A stretch of DNA of 32,000 nucleotides from Candidatus Saccharimonadota bacterium (GCA_963705375.1 OY970071.1:990001-1022000), one strand, 5' to 3'; shown: positions 8,708-17,729, counted from the stretch's first letter. Notes: generated by a model not told the origin, from the sequence alone. Numbers and translations are program-made.

Positions 8708-9115
8708 ATGGATAAAGGGGTACCGTTTGATTCCAAAATCATCCCTCTGGCTACTCTGCCGTATGACAAAGTGCTTGCAGAACTGACCAGATTGAAGCGG
8801 ACCGACGAAGAAAAAACAAAAGACCTCACACTGATATTCCGCGAGCTATCTGAAAAAACCTTGGAAATATCTGCGATTGCTTCTGATGTGACTGAGTTGA
8901 TGGCGAAGCTTCCAACCAAGGCCGCTACCGATTCTTTTGGCAAGGTATTGTCCACTTTCAAGAAAATTCGCGCTACTTCTGAGATCTTTCTTAATGATGC
9001 CAAGAAAACTAACGAACCAACTGTAATACTGGTCGCATGGCGCGACGTGCTCAATTTTACAAAGGAAAGCCTCATCTCTCTTAAAAACGAATTTGAGGAA
9101 ACAATTGCGCCATAA
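8708..9115 (+). CDS. Hypothetical protein (helical, K/E/L/T-rich)
   Basis: 135-aa ORF with protein-like composition. The competing antisense ORF 8563..9075 is Ser-rich and looks like a shadow. Confidence 0.5.
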   Translation: MDKGVPFDSKIIPLATLPYDKVLAELTRLKRTDEEKTKDLTLIFRELSEKTLEISAIASDVTELMAKLPTKAATDSFGKVLSTFKKIRATSEIFLNDAKKTNEPTVILVAWRDVLNFTKESLISLKNEFEETIAP

Positions 9116-9219
9116 TTATGTATGCGCTGTGTTGGTTGCCGTGCCGCAATTGAGACTGCTATAAACGGATTTCGATTCGATGTGCGGCTTTTATGCAGTG
9201 ATGCTTCGTCTGTGTGTGG

Positions 9220-9630
9220 TTATTTGTTCATCCTGGCAAATATCATTCCTGCAATCAAAGCGTTGACTAGTCCGCTTATGGTCCAAGCGAATATTGTCAG
9301 AAAAGATATCGGGAAGCTGCTATAGCTTACCAGCATTCCAGGTATTGTGGTGATTGCCCAGTATGTCCCTCCAAATTTCAGGCCACGGTTTATCCATTTT
9401 CCTTTTATCAAACTTTTGGTCTTATTCCAAATCCAAGCAAGAGCAAAACCTAATACGAATGGATATGCAAAAAACAACCACATCAGAGGATCATTAAAAG
9501 GCCTCATGAGCGACACATTGTGGTAGTCAGCATTTACTGCCGGCAATAGCATGAATGCATTATTTACTATCATGCCTATGACTAACATTGCGACTCCTGC
9601 AACTATTCCTGATACGATTGTCTTGTTCAT
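9220..9630 (-). CDS. Hypothetical integral membrane protein (4 predicted TM helices)
   Basis: 136 aa with hydrophobic helices (IVSGIVAGVAMLVIGMIV; LMWLFFAYPFVLGFALAWIW; YWAITTIPGMLVSY; FLTIFAWTISGLVNALIAGMIF). Confidence 0.6.
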   Translation of the reverse strand: MNKTIVSGIVAGVAMLVIGMIVNNAFMLLPAVNADYHNVSLMRPFNDPLMWLFFAYPFVLGFALAWIWNKTKSLIKGKWINRGLKFGGTYWAITTIPGMLVSYSSFPISFLTIFAWTISGLVNALIAGMIFARMNK

Positions 9631-9851
9631 TCAATCATCTGATTTGCGCTTAGCGTAAGTATGTTTCAGTCTTCTAGATTCCAGCTAATCATGTAAAATA
9701 TTAAAGCATTTCCTATACCTGTGCCTTGCACTTTAAGTCTTAATCTTATGGTACTAAAGTCGCAAGTTATTTATTGAAAATTTCAAAGTCCAATAAATCC
9801 AAATATATAAATATCTCCCAAAAGACATACCCTTTTGAAAGGGGGTTTGCC

Positions 9852-10166
9852 ATGAGCAATAACATTACAAATAAGCAGAACAAGGAAGGGGTCGACGCAG
9901 AAAAGGCGATGCCAGAGATCGCAAAGTGCGTGAAGGAAAATACGAATCTGGAATGGGCAACGAGGACCTTCTTCTTGGTTGTCCAAAGATCAAAGAATGA
10001 TAACGAGAAATTGATAGCAGAACTGGAGAAACTCACGAGTGGCGAATTCCAATATGAAGAAGCTACGCAGGCTTTCGAGGACTTCTATGCGCATCGCTTT
10101 CGTTACATGACCGAGGATGAGCAACGCCAGCACATGCGAGACTTGTGTGGTCTAAAGAGAGCCTAA
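9852..10166 (+). CDS. Hypothetical protein
   Basis: The ORF track starts at a TTG (9774). However, 9774-9851 is an AT-rich promoter-like stretch (aaatatataaatat at ~9801-9814) plus a cccttt-tg-aaaggg palindrome. The ATG at 9852 (MSNNITNKQ...) is therefore the more plausible start. Stop codon is TAA. Confidence 0.5.
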   Translation: MSNNITNKQNKEGVDAEKAMPEIAKCVKENTNLEWATRTFFLVVQRSKNDNEKLIAELEKLTSGEFQYEEATQAFEDFYAHRFRYMTEDEQRQHMRDLCGLKRA

Positions 10167-10181
10167 TACGAACGTGATCGT

Positions 10182-10385
10182 ATGCCTCAAAAGCTAGTGC
10201 AGAATCTATATGGGTTCAATGCAGTCATGACTTATACTGGAATAGAGGCATATGCCCAATATCGTGCAGACTTCTTCCTTCTGATTAGGCGCAATGATGA
10301 TAATCTGATTCGTCATGCCGACCAATATCGGAAAGCGCAGAGCGCGAAATTAAAAATCTGCAAAAAGCGCTTGGAAATGCTCTGA
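10182..10385 (+). CDS. Small hypothetical protein
   Basis: 67-aa ORF directly after the previous gene, with no recognisable motifs. An oligo-T run (gcttttttc, ~10428-10436) follows downstream. Confidence 0.3.
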   Translation: MPQKLVQNLYGFNAVMTYTGIEAYAQYRADFFLLIRRNDDNLIRHADQYRKAQSAKLKICKKRLEML

Positions 10386-10488
10386 TCTATGACGTTTCCG
10401 ACTGAATTTTTGATCAGCGCTTTTTTCAATTTGTTCCGTCTATGGTGTTAAGATCTTCGGATAACGTTTTGCACCTACTGTCTTAATT

Positions 10489-11736
10489 TTATGCCTCTTC
10501 TGCACCTATAGCCGTGGAAACCTTTCCGAAAAATTCCTCACTCTCCTCCGGTCTTCCAGCTTTCATTATGACGAGCGAGCCTTCCTCTGCGCCAAGGATG
10601 TCTTTGACGAACTTGCTTTCGTCCGATATGGTCGGGTGCTCGTGCGTGAACACGTTGGTGTATTCGTTGGCTTCCAGCAAAGCCTCGGCCTTTTCCCTGT
10701 GTTTCTGCGGAACCTTGACTGCCAATACCCTGCCTCCGTCCCTTATCGTATCGCTGATGGCCGTCTCGGTTGTGTTCAAGAACGCACCTGTCACATCGAA
10801 CAGGGTTATCCTGTTGAGGTCATGAGATTTGCTGGGTAGATATGAGCCGCCCTTCTTGTCGAACTTCTGTATTAGTATACCTGCCGCAACAAGGCCCGCG
10901 ACCGCCAAATAGTATGGCAGTATCGCCTCTCCGAGTATCAGGTGCGCGAAGAGTATCGTTATGAACGGCGACAGGAAGGATAGGTTGGTAACGAAGGTCG
11001 TCTTCAGCATGCGCAGTGCGCCATAGTACATGAAGCCCACAAAAACATTATAGACTACGCCGACGTACAGGATGGCCAAAAGCGACGTCATTGTGATGCC
11101 GCCAAACTGAGGTCCGTTCAGCAGGAAAAGAGATAGGAAGACTGCGAAGTTAGCAAGATTGAATATGAACATCGAACATTCCACATCATAAGTGTATTTT
11201 TTGGCCAGCACGGTGGCTAGGGCTCCGGCTACGGCAACCATGGCCATGAATGCAATTATCGGAAAGCTAGTGCCTTTGGATAATCCCGTCGCGCCTCCGC
11301 TCATGCTTATTGCAATGTAGAGGCCGATGAACGCCAATGACAGGGCTATGCCTTGATACTTGGTCACTCTCTCTTTGAGTATGAAAGGCAGGAATGCAAG
11401 CATCAGTATGGGATTCATCCTGTAGATGACTGTGGCCAACGAGGTGCTGATAAAATGCTCGGCGTATGTCATCCCGTATTCCATGGACGCATAGTTTAGT
11501 ACGCCTATAAATGCGACTATGGCAAGATCTCTCTTGTTTTTGAAGTAACTGACAAGTTTCTTCTTCTTACCCGACGCTATTACAAACATAAATGAGGTAG
11601 GTACGGCAACAAGATAAGTCAGAAACAGGTATTCGTATATGTTAATGCTGCCTGCCAGCCCTAGCATTACGGGAACAAGTGCACCCAGCACAAGCGCAAA
11701 CAGGATGTAGGTGTTTGCCAAGGCTTTTATATTCAT
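10489..11736 (-). CDS. EamA/DMT-superfamily transporter fused to an unrecognised ~115-aa C-terminal cytoplasmic domain (paralog A)
   Basis: 415 aa. About 10 TM helices with a two-EamA-repeat look (e.g. LSFLSPFITILFAHLILGEAILPYYLAVAGLVAAGILI). A soluble tail follows (ITLFDVTGAFLNTTETAISDTIRDGGRVLAVKVP...SLVIMKAGRPEESEEFFGKV). The tail is homologous to the tail of the 20805..22073 protein. Confidence 0.8.
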   Translation of the reverse strand: MNIKALANTYILFALVLGALVPVMLGLAGSINIYEYLFLTYLVAVPTSFMFVIASGKKKKLVSYFKNKRDLAIVAFIGVLNYASMEYGMTYAEHFISTSLATVIYRMNPILMLAFLPFILKERVTKYQGIALSLAFIGLYIAISMSGGATGLSKGTSFPIIAFMAMVAVAGALATVLAKKYTYDVECSMFIFNLANFAVFLSLFLLNGPQFGGITMTSLLAILYVGVVYNVFVGFMYYGALRMLKTTFVTNLSFLSPFITILFAHLILGEAILPYYLAVAGLVAAGILIQKFDKKGGSYLPSKSHDLNRITLFDVTGAFLNTTETAISDTIRDGGRVLAVKVPQKHREKAEALLEANEYTNVFTHEHPTISDESKFVKDILGAEEGSLVIMKAGRPEESEEFFGKVSTAIGAEEA

Positions 11737-11823
11737 AATATAAGATTAAACAACGGAGCATATAAACATATCAAAAAGTGACAAAAACATTGATGACTTT
11801 TGTGTTTATGGCAGGTGGGTGCA

Positions 11824-12861
11824 ATGAATGCTGAGTATGAGTTTAGGAGTAATTTCAATGACAAGTACAGTCTGACCACTAGGAAACTGCTCCGGCTCAT
11901 ATCGCAGGATTCTAGGGCTTCTGTATCGAAAATGTCCGGCATAGTCGGCGTTTCGCGTGCGATGCTGCGGAAAAGGCTCAGCAAGATGGAGAAAGAGCTA
12001 GGCATACGTTACACCATAGAGATAAACGAAGCACGCCTCAAGCTCACGGAGCCGCACATAATAGCTGTAAAGTTCAATTCTGAGCCTGATTTCGCTAAAA
12101 TAACTAGCTTGCTTTCGCAGTCATACATACCGCAGATCGCAGTCTCGGTAAAGGGAGACTACAGCCTGATCATATGCGCGATAGCCACATCTAGCGGCGA
12201 ATACGCGCACTGGGACAAGAGCATGCAGATAGCGCTTTCGAAGTACGGGGTCGACTGGCGCTCTTCAGAAGTTGTGCACAGGCAGCTTGGCTTCTTCCCG
12301 CTACGCAACGAGCTGCTCGATAAGGTACCGCTCGACCAGAAGCACAAGAACATACTCAAGGCATTGAACGAGAACAGCAGGGCGTCTTTCCGTTTGCTGT
12401 CAAAGCAGGTCGGCATGCACTCGAACACGCTGGCATACAACATGAGCAAGCTCGTGTCCCTGGGCTACATAAACAGGTTCACAATAACCATGGACAAACC
12501 TGAGGATATCTCTCTTATGTCCTTCTTTTCGAAATACAGGCCGACTGAAGGCTACGAGGAGGCGTCAGCCCACGCACGGCAGGTGCTCATGAGCGACGAT
12601 GAGAATTCTCTGATGAGCAGATATCTTCTATGTACTCCCCTGATAGGCAGCTATGACTTTTTCACTATAGGTGCTTTTGACGATGCAGAGACAGGTCGCA
12701 CGAAAGACGTGGAGTATCACAGGGCCCTGTTCAAGAAGCACAGGGCCGAGATTGCGTACGGAGAGATAGACAAGGTTCTGATAGGAAGGCTACCGCTGCG
12801 CAGCATGGACAGCAAGAAGGAATACAAAACGATGAAATGGACTTCGGAATTTAAACAGTAA
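11824..12861 (+). CDS. Tandem (double) Lrp/AsnC-family transcriptional regulator (paralog A)
   Basis: Two HTH_AsnC-like units occur in one chain: LLRLISQDSRASVSKMSGIVGVSRAMLRKRLSKMEKELGI and ILKALNENSRASFRLLSKQVGMHSNTLAYNMSKLVSLGYI. Each is followed by a RAM/AsnC-type beta-alpha segment. The ORF opens at TTG 11800; I prefer the ATG at 11824. It is divergent from the EamA gene. Confidence 0.8.
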   Translation: MNAEYEFRSNFNDKYSLTTRKLLRLISQDSRASVSKMSGIVGVSRAMLRKRLSKMEKELGIRYTIEINEARLKLTEPHIIAVKFNSEPDFAKITSLLSQSYIPQIAVSVKGDYSLIICAIATSSGEYAHWDKSMQIALSKYGVDWRSSEVVHRQLGFFPLRNELLDKVPLDQKHKNILKALNENSRASFRLLSKQVGMHSNTLAYNMSKLVSLGYINRFTITMDKPEDISLMSFFSKYRPTEGYEEASAHARQVLMSDDENSLMSRYLLCTPLIGSYDFFTIGAFDDAETGRTKDVEYHRALFKKHRAEIAYGEIDKVLIGRLPLRSMDSKKEYKTMKWTSEFKQ

Positions 12862-12959
12862 GTTACGGTCTGTTTTTCCAAATAGTCTACAGCTCTGTGC
12901 CAAGCGGCGATTCCCTTATCAGAAATCATTTTAAACTCATCTTCCAATAGCTCATTTGT

Positions 12960-14354
12960 GTGAACGTGGGTGGATTAAATGGTAAAGCGCCTTGCCTAAT
13001 CTTGCTATTGTTACTTCTTGCTCTATTTGCAATGGTTCCAATAGCTCACGCTCAAAACACCTTTAATTTCACCATAGATGCCGGAAAAAACGAGACCACA
13101 ACATTAAAGTATTGCCTTAACTGCTTTTATGGAAATTGCAAGGGTGGAGCGAATGCACAAGCCTCGGCAGAGGGGACTGCTGCGAACTGGGCAGATCCAG
13201 ACTATCTTGACTTTGGGTATGTGCGACTGGGTGCCTGTTCGGCGGTTGTGTCATATGCGATAGAAGTCCCGGCAGGTACTCCTGGCGGCATCTACACGTT
13301 AGACTGGTACGAAACATGCCAATCAGATAATGCATCTACTCGCTGCTATTCTGCATATGATAACTATACCATCATGGTTAATGGTGCCGGTACTACGACA
13401 ACGGAAACCACCACAATAAACGGAGAATCCTTATTCCCCTGCGCTCCTGATGAGCACATTGGTGGTATTCCCGGCGAGTATTCAAGCCAGTTCTGCTATT
13501 CGGAAGACATGAGTGTGGCTGAGAGAGGCAGTGCATCTGTCATAGATCTTACCGGTTCGCCAACAGACACGTTTATCGTTGGCGACCTCGCATGGACTGA
13601 AGCTGATTCATCTCTAAGCGTACGCGCACCTACAAGTGCACCTGGATACTCTCTCTCGCTTGGCCCAGACACCTTGGGAGCCATGATTCAGGCCATTGGA
13701 AGCCCTACTAGCGGTTTTTCGAGTCCGGAGGACCAATACCCTTCATATTACCAAGCGTTTGACGAGCAGGCACTGAACTTCGGAATGCACCTCTCTTCAG
13801 CACTCCTTACGCATGCCGCACTAAATCAATTTTCGCTTCTGGGTAAAGCAGGAGTGCTGACCACTACTATGATAGTGCCACCAATCACCATGCTCGAAGT
13901 CGGATATGGTGCTGTCCATCTGACTGAAAGCACGTTGCAGCATATAGGCTGGGGGGTCAAATGTCTCGTATCTCCCTCGATGTTGGCCTGCCCAGAAGGC
14001 ACTGACTTTACTATGACGGTTGGGAGCAACGGCACAACACTAAGCATCATCAACGGTTCTATTCTCGTTGATAGCCTTTCTGCGAACAGTTCGACGCCGA
14101 AGTATATCCTGCTTAATGCAGGGCAACGGCTCTTTATTCCGAACAACCAAACCCAAGCAAATCAGCAGAATCTCACCTCTAGCGTCAAAACATTCGCTCT
14201 GAGCGCAACAAGCACCATATCTCAAAATGCAACAAGTTCTACCCAATCCATAAGTATTGCAGGCATGACCGAAACCCAGACAGTTGCCACCCTATTCATT
14301 TTTGTCATGATTATTGTCATTGCTTTGCGGTTGTATCGACAGAGAAAGAAATAG
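12960..14354 (+). CDS. Secreted surface (glyco)protein with signal peptide and C-terminal TM anchor
   Basis: The N-terminus APCLILLLLLLALFAMVPIAHA/QN is a signal peptide with an AxA site. There are at least 10 N-x-S/T sequons (NFT, NET, NAS, NYT, NGT, NGS, NSS, NQT, NLT, NAT). The C-terminus is LFIFVMIIVIALRLY followed by RQRKK. Start is GTG and stop is TAG. Confidence 0.7.
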   Translation: MNVGGLNGKAPCLILLLLLLALFAMVPIAHAQNTFNFTIDAGKNETTTLKYCLNCFYGNCKGGANAQASAEGTAANWADPDYLDFGYVRLGACSAVVSYAIEVPAGTPGGIYTLDWYETCQSDNASTRCYSAYDNYTIMVNGAGTTTTETTTINGESLFPCAPDEHIGGIPGEYSSQFCYSEDMSVAERGSASVIDLTGSPTDTFIVGDLAWTEADSSLSVRAPTSAPGYSLSLGPDTLGAMIQAIGSPTSGFSSPEDQYPSYYQAFDEQALNFGMHLSSALLTHAALNQFSLLGKAGVLTTTMIVPPITMLEVGYGAVHLTESTLQHIGWGVKCLVSPSMLACPEGTDFTMTVGSNGTTLSIINGSILVDSLSANSSTPKYILLNAGQRLFIPNNQTQANQQNLTSSVKTFALSATSTISQNATSSTQSISIAGMTETQTVATLFIFVMIIVIALRLYRQRKK

Positions 14355-14567
14355 CTTCAGGCGGAAATTGGTAAAGAAAGGTATGTGCTGCTTCTTATTT
14401 ATTTTATCAACTGATTAGTTACTTGAACAGGAAACCCGTGTTTTCGATAGGGGTGCTGTTTATTTCAGTTGGTGTCAAAGCAAAAAGGGCACGCAAGAGG
14501 CGATCCTTTTTTAGGTCGTTCCCTGCATGTATTTGATTTTGCGTATATGGTGTGTTGGACAAGCGTA

Positions 14568-15503
14568 CTATATTCTTACCAACTTATACTCTGCGCTGCC
14601 CATTCCAAGCGTTTTCATATATTCTATCTGATGAAGCCCGCTCCGTGATTCTATGCGCTCGATTATGTCTTTGTTCTGCTCCTTTGGAAGCGCGTACACG
14701 AGATCAACTGATGCCTTGTCGATCGCAAGTATGTCTGTAGAGCCCAGTATGCCTATATCTTTGCATGTCGGCTTGACGCCATTCGCATTGCAGTCGCAAT
14801 CAACCGATATGTTCTTCAACACGTTGATGTATGCGATGTGCCCTTTAAAGTGTTCAGTTGTGGCTTTGCCGGATTCGCACATTCTTTCAAGAAATTCGGG
14901 ACCGATGTGCTTAGCAAAGTCACGTCCAAACTCTGCTCCATGAACCGCCTTTTTCCCGACGTGGCCCGATGCTATGCCGATGCCAATGTTTTTCAACGAA
15001 CCGCCAAATCCTCCCATGGCGTGCCCCTTGAAGTGCGTATAGACGAGCAAGGAATCATAATGCAAAAGGTGGCTGCCAACCGCAACTTCGGTTAGGTGGT
15101 TTCCTGGGACATATCCTTTGCCTCCTGCAAGGAACTCTTTCATTCTAGGCACTGGCAGCATAACGTCTCCTTCCTCATCCATGATATCTACTGGGCAGAA
15201 GTCAAAACCGTTGATTTTCAGCACTTCGCGATGGCCTTTAGTTTCGTAACGTGGCCCTGGGTACAGTACATTGCATTCTACAATCGTGCTGTTCGGGATC
15301 TTGGCTTGCAAGCCCTTGATTAATTCTATCGGCAGAAGGTTTGTGCCGTGCGGTTCTCCAGTATGCAGCTTTATTCCAACCCTTCCTGTAATTCCCTGGC
15401 TTATGTGGGAATACACTTCCAACAGGCCTTTAACACTTATATCTGTGGTGAAGAATACCTTGGCCTTGCTTGTTTTTGACAATGAGCGTGCATCTTTTGC
15501 CAT
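14568..15503 (-). CDS. DUF362-domain protein (uncharacterised Fe-S-centre protein family)
   Basis: Typical DUF362 strings are present: GIKLHTGEPHGTNLLP, VYTHFKGHAMGGFGGSLKNIGIG and the C-terminal Cys cluster VDCDCNANGVKPTC. The ORF opens at TTG 15530; the ATG at 15503 (MAKDARS...) is preferred. Confidence 0.8.
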   Translation of the reverse strand: MAKDARSLSKTSKAKVFFTTDISVKGLLEVYSHISQGITGRVGIKLHTGEPHGTNLLPIELIKGLQAKIPNSTIVECNVLYPGPRYETKGHREVLKINGFDFCPVDIMDEEGDVMLPVPRMKEFLAGGKGYVPGNHLTEVAVGSHLLHYDSLLVYTHFKGHAMGGFGGSLKNIGIGIASGHVGKKAVHGAEFGRDFAKHIGPEFLERMCESGKATTEHFKGHIAYINVLKNISVDCDCNANGVKPTCKDIGILGSTDILAIDKASVDLVYALPKEQNKDIIERIESRSGLHQIEYMKTLGMGSAEYKLVRI

Positions 15504-15628
15504 CCAATCACCCAATTTGTAGAAATGCAAAATGCATGTCTTTATGTATTGTGGTGCCTGTGTCCGGTCTACTAATTTTGTGGAGATGTGCGCCGCCTAA
15601 ACTTTCTACTGATCATACGTCCTGATAT

Positions 15629-15681
15629 GTGATTATTATCATTGCTTTACGGTTGTACCTGCGAAGAAAGAAGTACCTTCA
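15629..15681 (+). pseudogene. Relic of a surface-protein 3' end (copy of 14307..14359)
   Basis: By hand alignment, 43 of 53 positions are identical and ungapped to the last codons of the 12960..14354 gene (VIIIIALRLYLRRKK vs MIIVIALRLYRQRKK). An in-frame TGA lies immediately upstream (15623-15625), so only the anchor-coding tail survives. Confidence 0.5.
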
Positions 15682-15771
15682 TAAAATAAATAGTCAAAAA
15701 TCAGATATTAACCTACGAAGCATCGGAAAGTTATATATATCTCCTAAATTGCAGATAATTCCGAAGATCTT

Positions 15772-16101
15772 ATGTCCATTTCAAAGACCAATTCTATTCC
15801 GACTACGCTATATCACGTAGCTGATACCTTGGAGAAGGCCGCAAAGAAGGACGAGCAGTGCGGTGCCTATGATTCTGCCGGACTCAGGTACACAGAGGCT
15901 GCTGTCATATTTCGTTCATTAGGTTATCTTCGCCATGCGCGTTATGTTTTCGCTGAAGCTGAGCGATGTTACCTTCAGGCGAGCGCTTCTGCGAACGCAA
16001 ATCAATGTGCTCAAATCTGCACGGATCTCGACAAAGAAATTGCAGATAACAAGAACGACGAAACGAGTAAGCAGAAGATACTTAGGACTGATACGTCATA
16101 G
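15772..16101 (+). CDS. Hypothetical protein
   Basis: 109-aa ORF with helical-looking composition and no recognisable motif. Stop codon is TAG. Confidence 0.4.
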   Translation: MSISKTNSIPTTLYHVADTLEKAAKKDEQCGAYDSAGLRYTEAAVIFRSLGYLRHARYVFAEAERCYLQASASANANQCAQICTDLDKEIADNKNDETSKQKILRTDTS

Positions 16102-16194
16102 TTCTGCGTGCTAGGTTTTATTATTGTGTTTACGCATCTAGCCAGACTGTAGTTGCATATCTAGACTTATAGAATCCATTACCGGCACAAAAAT

Positions 16195-17172
16195 TCATCT
16201 ACTGGTATTTGCGTTGTTGCTATAGCCCATAGATTCCCAATACCCTTCTACTGTTTGGTTGACGACATCTATTCGCGTTATCCACTTTGCCCATTTGTAT
16301 CCGTATTTATTTACCGCAACAAGCTGGAACGGAAATCCGCGTTCTGGAGGGAGTGTCACATTATTGATGCCGTAAGCCATGAGTATTTTCTGATTCCTTA
16401 GATAATCCAAAGGCAGTCCTGTAGAGTAGCCGTCGGCACCATAGAAGACCACGTAGGTCGCATCAGGTTTTAGCCCTGCGAGGTTTAGGATATTGATGAC
16501 TCTAACTCCTGTCCATTGTGCAGTAAATGTCCATCCTTCCACACATGGCAAGTCTGCGACTTCCGAGTAAGCCGGTAGCAAGAGCAACTGCCCGTAAGAA
16601 AGGTTAAGATCGTTTTCAACCAGGCCCGTCACGTGCAGAACGTAAGTGCTCTTATTTATGTACTGGGTTCCGTTGATGGCATTGTTTTGCTGCTGGCTCA
16701 TCGGAGTGAGGCTTACGCCCAAAAATTCCTTCGCCTCTACTTTGGACAGAACGTTCGATGCCGGAACCTGCACAGTCTTGTTCGTAGCTGCTAATCCTAT
16801 AGCTCCGAGATTCGTATATCCGCCAAGCATCAATAAACCGCTAAGAAGTGCCGCAAAAGACAAACACGCTGCAACGTACCCAATCACACAGTGCTTCGGA
16901 GAGCGTTTTTTATTGAGATACCCTGACGTGGCAAAGGTAAGAATGGATGTAAGCAATGCAGCTATCCCTAACCAAATATGTATGCCGTGAACATCCAGGG
17001 TGAGTAAGTTGAAATCACCTTCCAGGACAAAGCCCAAGAGTCCGAGCAACGCAAAGAAAGCCGTGGCATAAGCAAGAATCCTGTGCTGGCGTTTGCCCTT
17101 TGTAGAAACAAGCATGATTGTCAGAACTGCAGCAATAACTGAAGGAATCCAATGCAATTCAGAAAACATCAT
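16195..17172 (-). CDS. Membrane-anchored molybdopterin-dependent oxidoreductase (sulfite-oxidase / YedY-MsrP fold)
   Basis: 325 aa with about 4 N-terminal TM helices. The molybdopterin-binding domain follows, with strings LHVTGLVENDLNLSYGQLL, DLPCVEGWTFTAQWTGVRV (Mo-ligand Cys context), GADGYSTGLPL, PPERGFPFQLVAVNKYGYKWAKWITRI. Confidence 0.85.
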   Translation of the reverse strand: MMFSELHWIPSVIAAVLTIMLVSTKGKRQHRILAYATAFFALLGLLGFVLEGDFNLLTLDVHGIHIWLGIAALLTSILTFATSGYLNKKRSPKHCVIGYVAACLSFAALLSGLLMLGGYTNLGAIGLAATNKTVQVPASNVLSKVEAKEFLGVSLTPMSQQQNNAINGTQYINKSTYVLHVTGLVENDLNLSYGQLLLLPAYSEVADLPCVEGWTFTAQWTGVRVINILNLAGLKPDATYVVFYGADGYSTGLPLDYLRNQKILMAYGINNVTLPPERGFPFQLVAVNKYGYKWAKWITRIDVVNQTVEGYWESMGYSNNANTSR

Positions 17173-17312
17173 AGACTTCTATAGGTGTTGAACATTCGCT
17201 ATTTATAAACTTTGACTTGGTTTGGGTGCTTATCAAAGATATTGTCAAAATAAATACCAAAGCCCTTTAGCTAAAGTTTGATAAAGCCTAGTTAATAACA
17301 ATATACGATTTA

Positions 17313-17513
17313 ATGAGCTTTTTCAAAGACATAAAGAGATGGAAAGTCCCTGTGTACGAGGTGGGTGGTCTCTTCAGAGATCTAGGTATAGCGATATTGA
17401 GTGGTGCAGTTGTTGCAAGTTCAGTATTAAAAGTTTCTACCTATTTCTATTATGCGGGACTTGGTTTTCTGTTCATTATGGTTGGTCTTTGGATTCAAAG
17501 GTTTAAAAGATAA
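17313..17513 (+). CDS. Small 2-TM hypothetical protein
   Basis: 66-aa ORF with two hydrophobic segments. It lies within the AT-rich stretch between the oxidoreductase gene and tRNA-Gln. Confidence 0.35.
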   Translation: MSFFKDIKRWKVPVYEVGGLFRDLGIAILSGAVVASSVLKVSTYFYYAGLGFLFIMVGLWIQRFKR

Positions 17514-17587
17514 AAAGTTAGATATCCAAAATAACCAAGCTGTTTTGTAAAGACTAATGCTATCTGCAGTTTTGATTATCCTATAAC

Positions 17588-17619
17588 AGATTCGAACTCA
17601 GAATCATTTAGCTCCATCC
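17588..17619 (-). repeat. Two fragments copied from the 3' part of tRNA-Gln (att-like repeats)
   Basis: atttagctccatcc (17606-17619) is identical to 18289-18302, which is the tRNA-Gln acceptor 3' strand plus discriminator and 3 nt of 3' flank. cagattcgaact (17588-17599) is identical to 18303-18314 (T-loop/T-stem). The two pieces are in swapped order relative to the intact gene. Confidence 0.6.
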
Positions 17620-17729
17620 TGACCTTTGGACTAGTCAAGATTATAATAAACACCATCGTCAAAGTTTATGTGGGATTGTGGTTATTGTGTGTTAACGTGC
17701 AGACACACCGTAAACTATTTATAATAATT

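Noticed and set aside
8563-9075. A 170-aa minus-strand ORF competing with 8708..9115 (+).
   Set aside because: It has Ser-rich, low-information composition typical of the antisense frame. The plus-strand product has balanced K/E/L/T composition and a sensible start after the upstream terminator. The confidence of this choice is only moderate.
9774-9851. The TTG-initiated N-terminal extension of ORF 9774..10166 (MKISKSNKSKYINISQKTYPFERGFA).
   Set aside because: The region is AT-rich with a TATA-like box and a cccttt/aaaggg palindrome, so it looks like a promoter/operator. The ATG at 9852 is at a suitable distance downstream.
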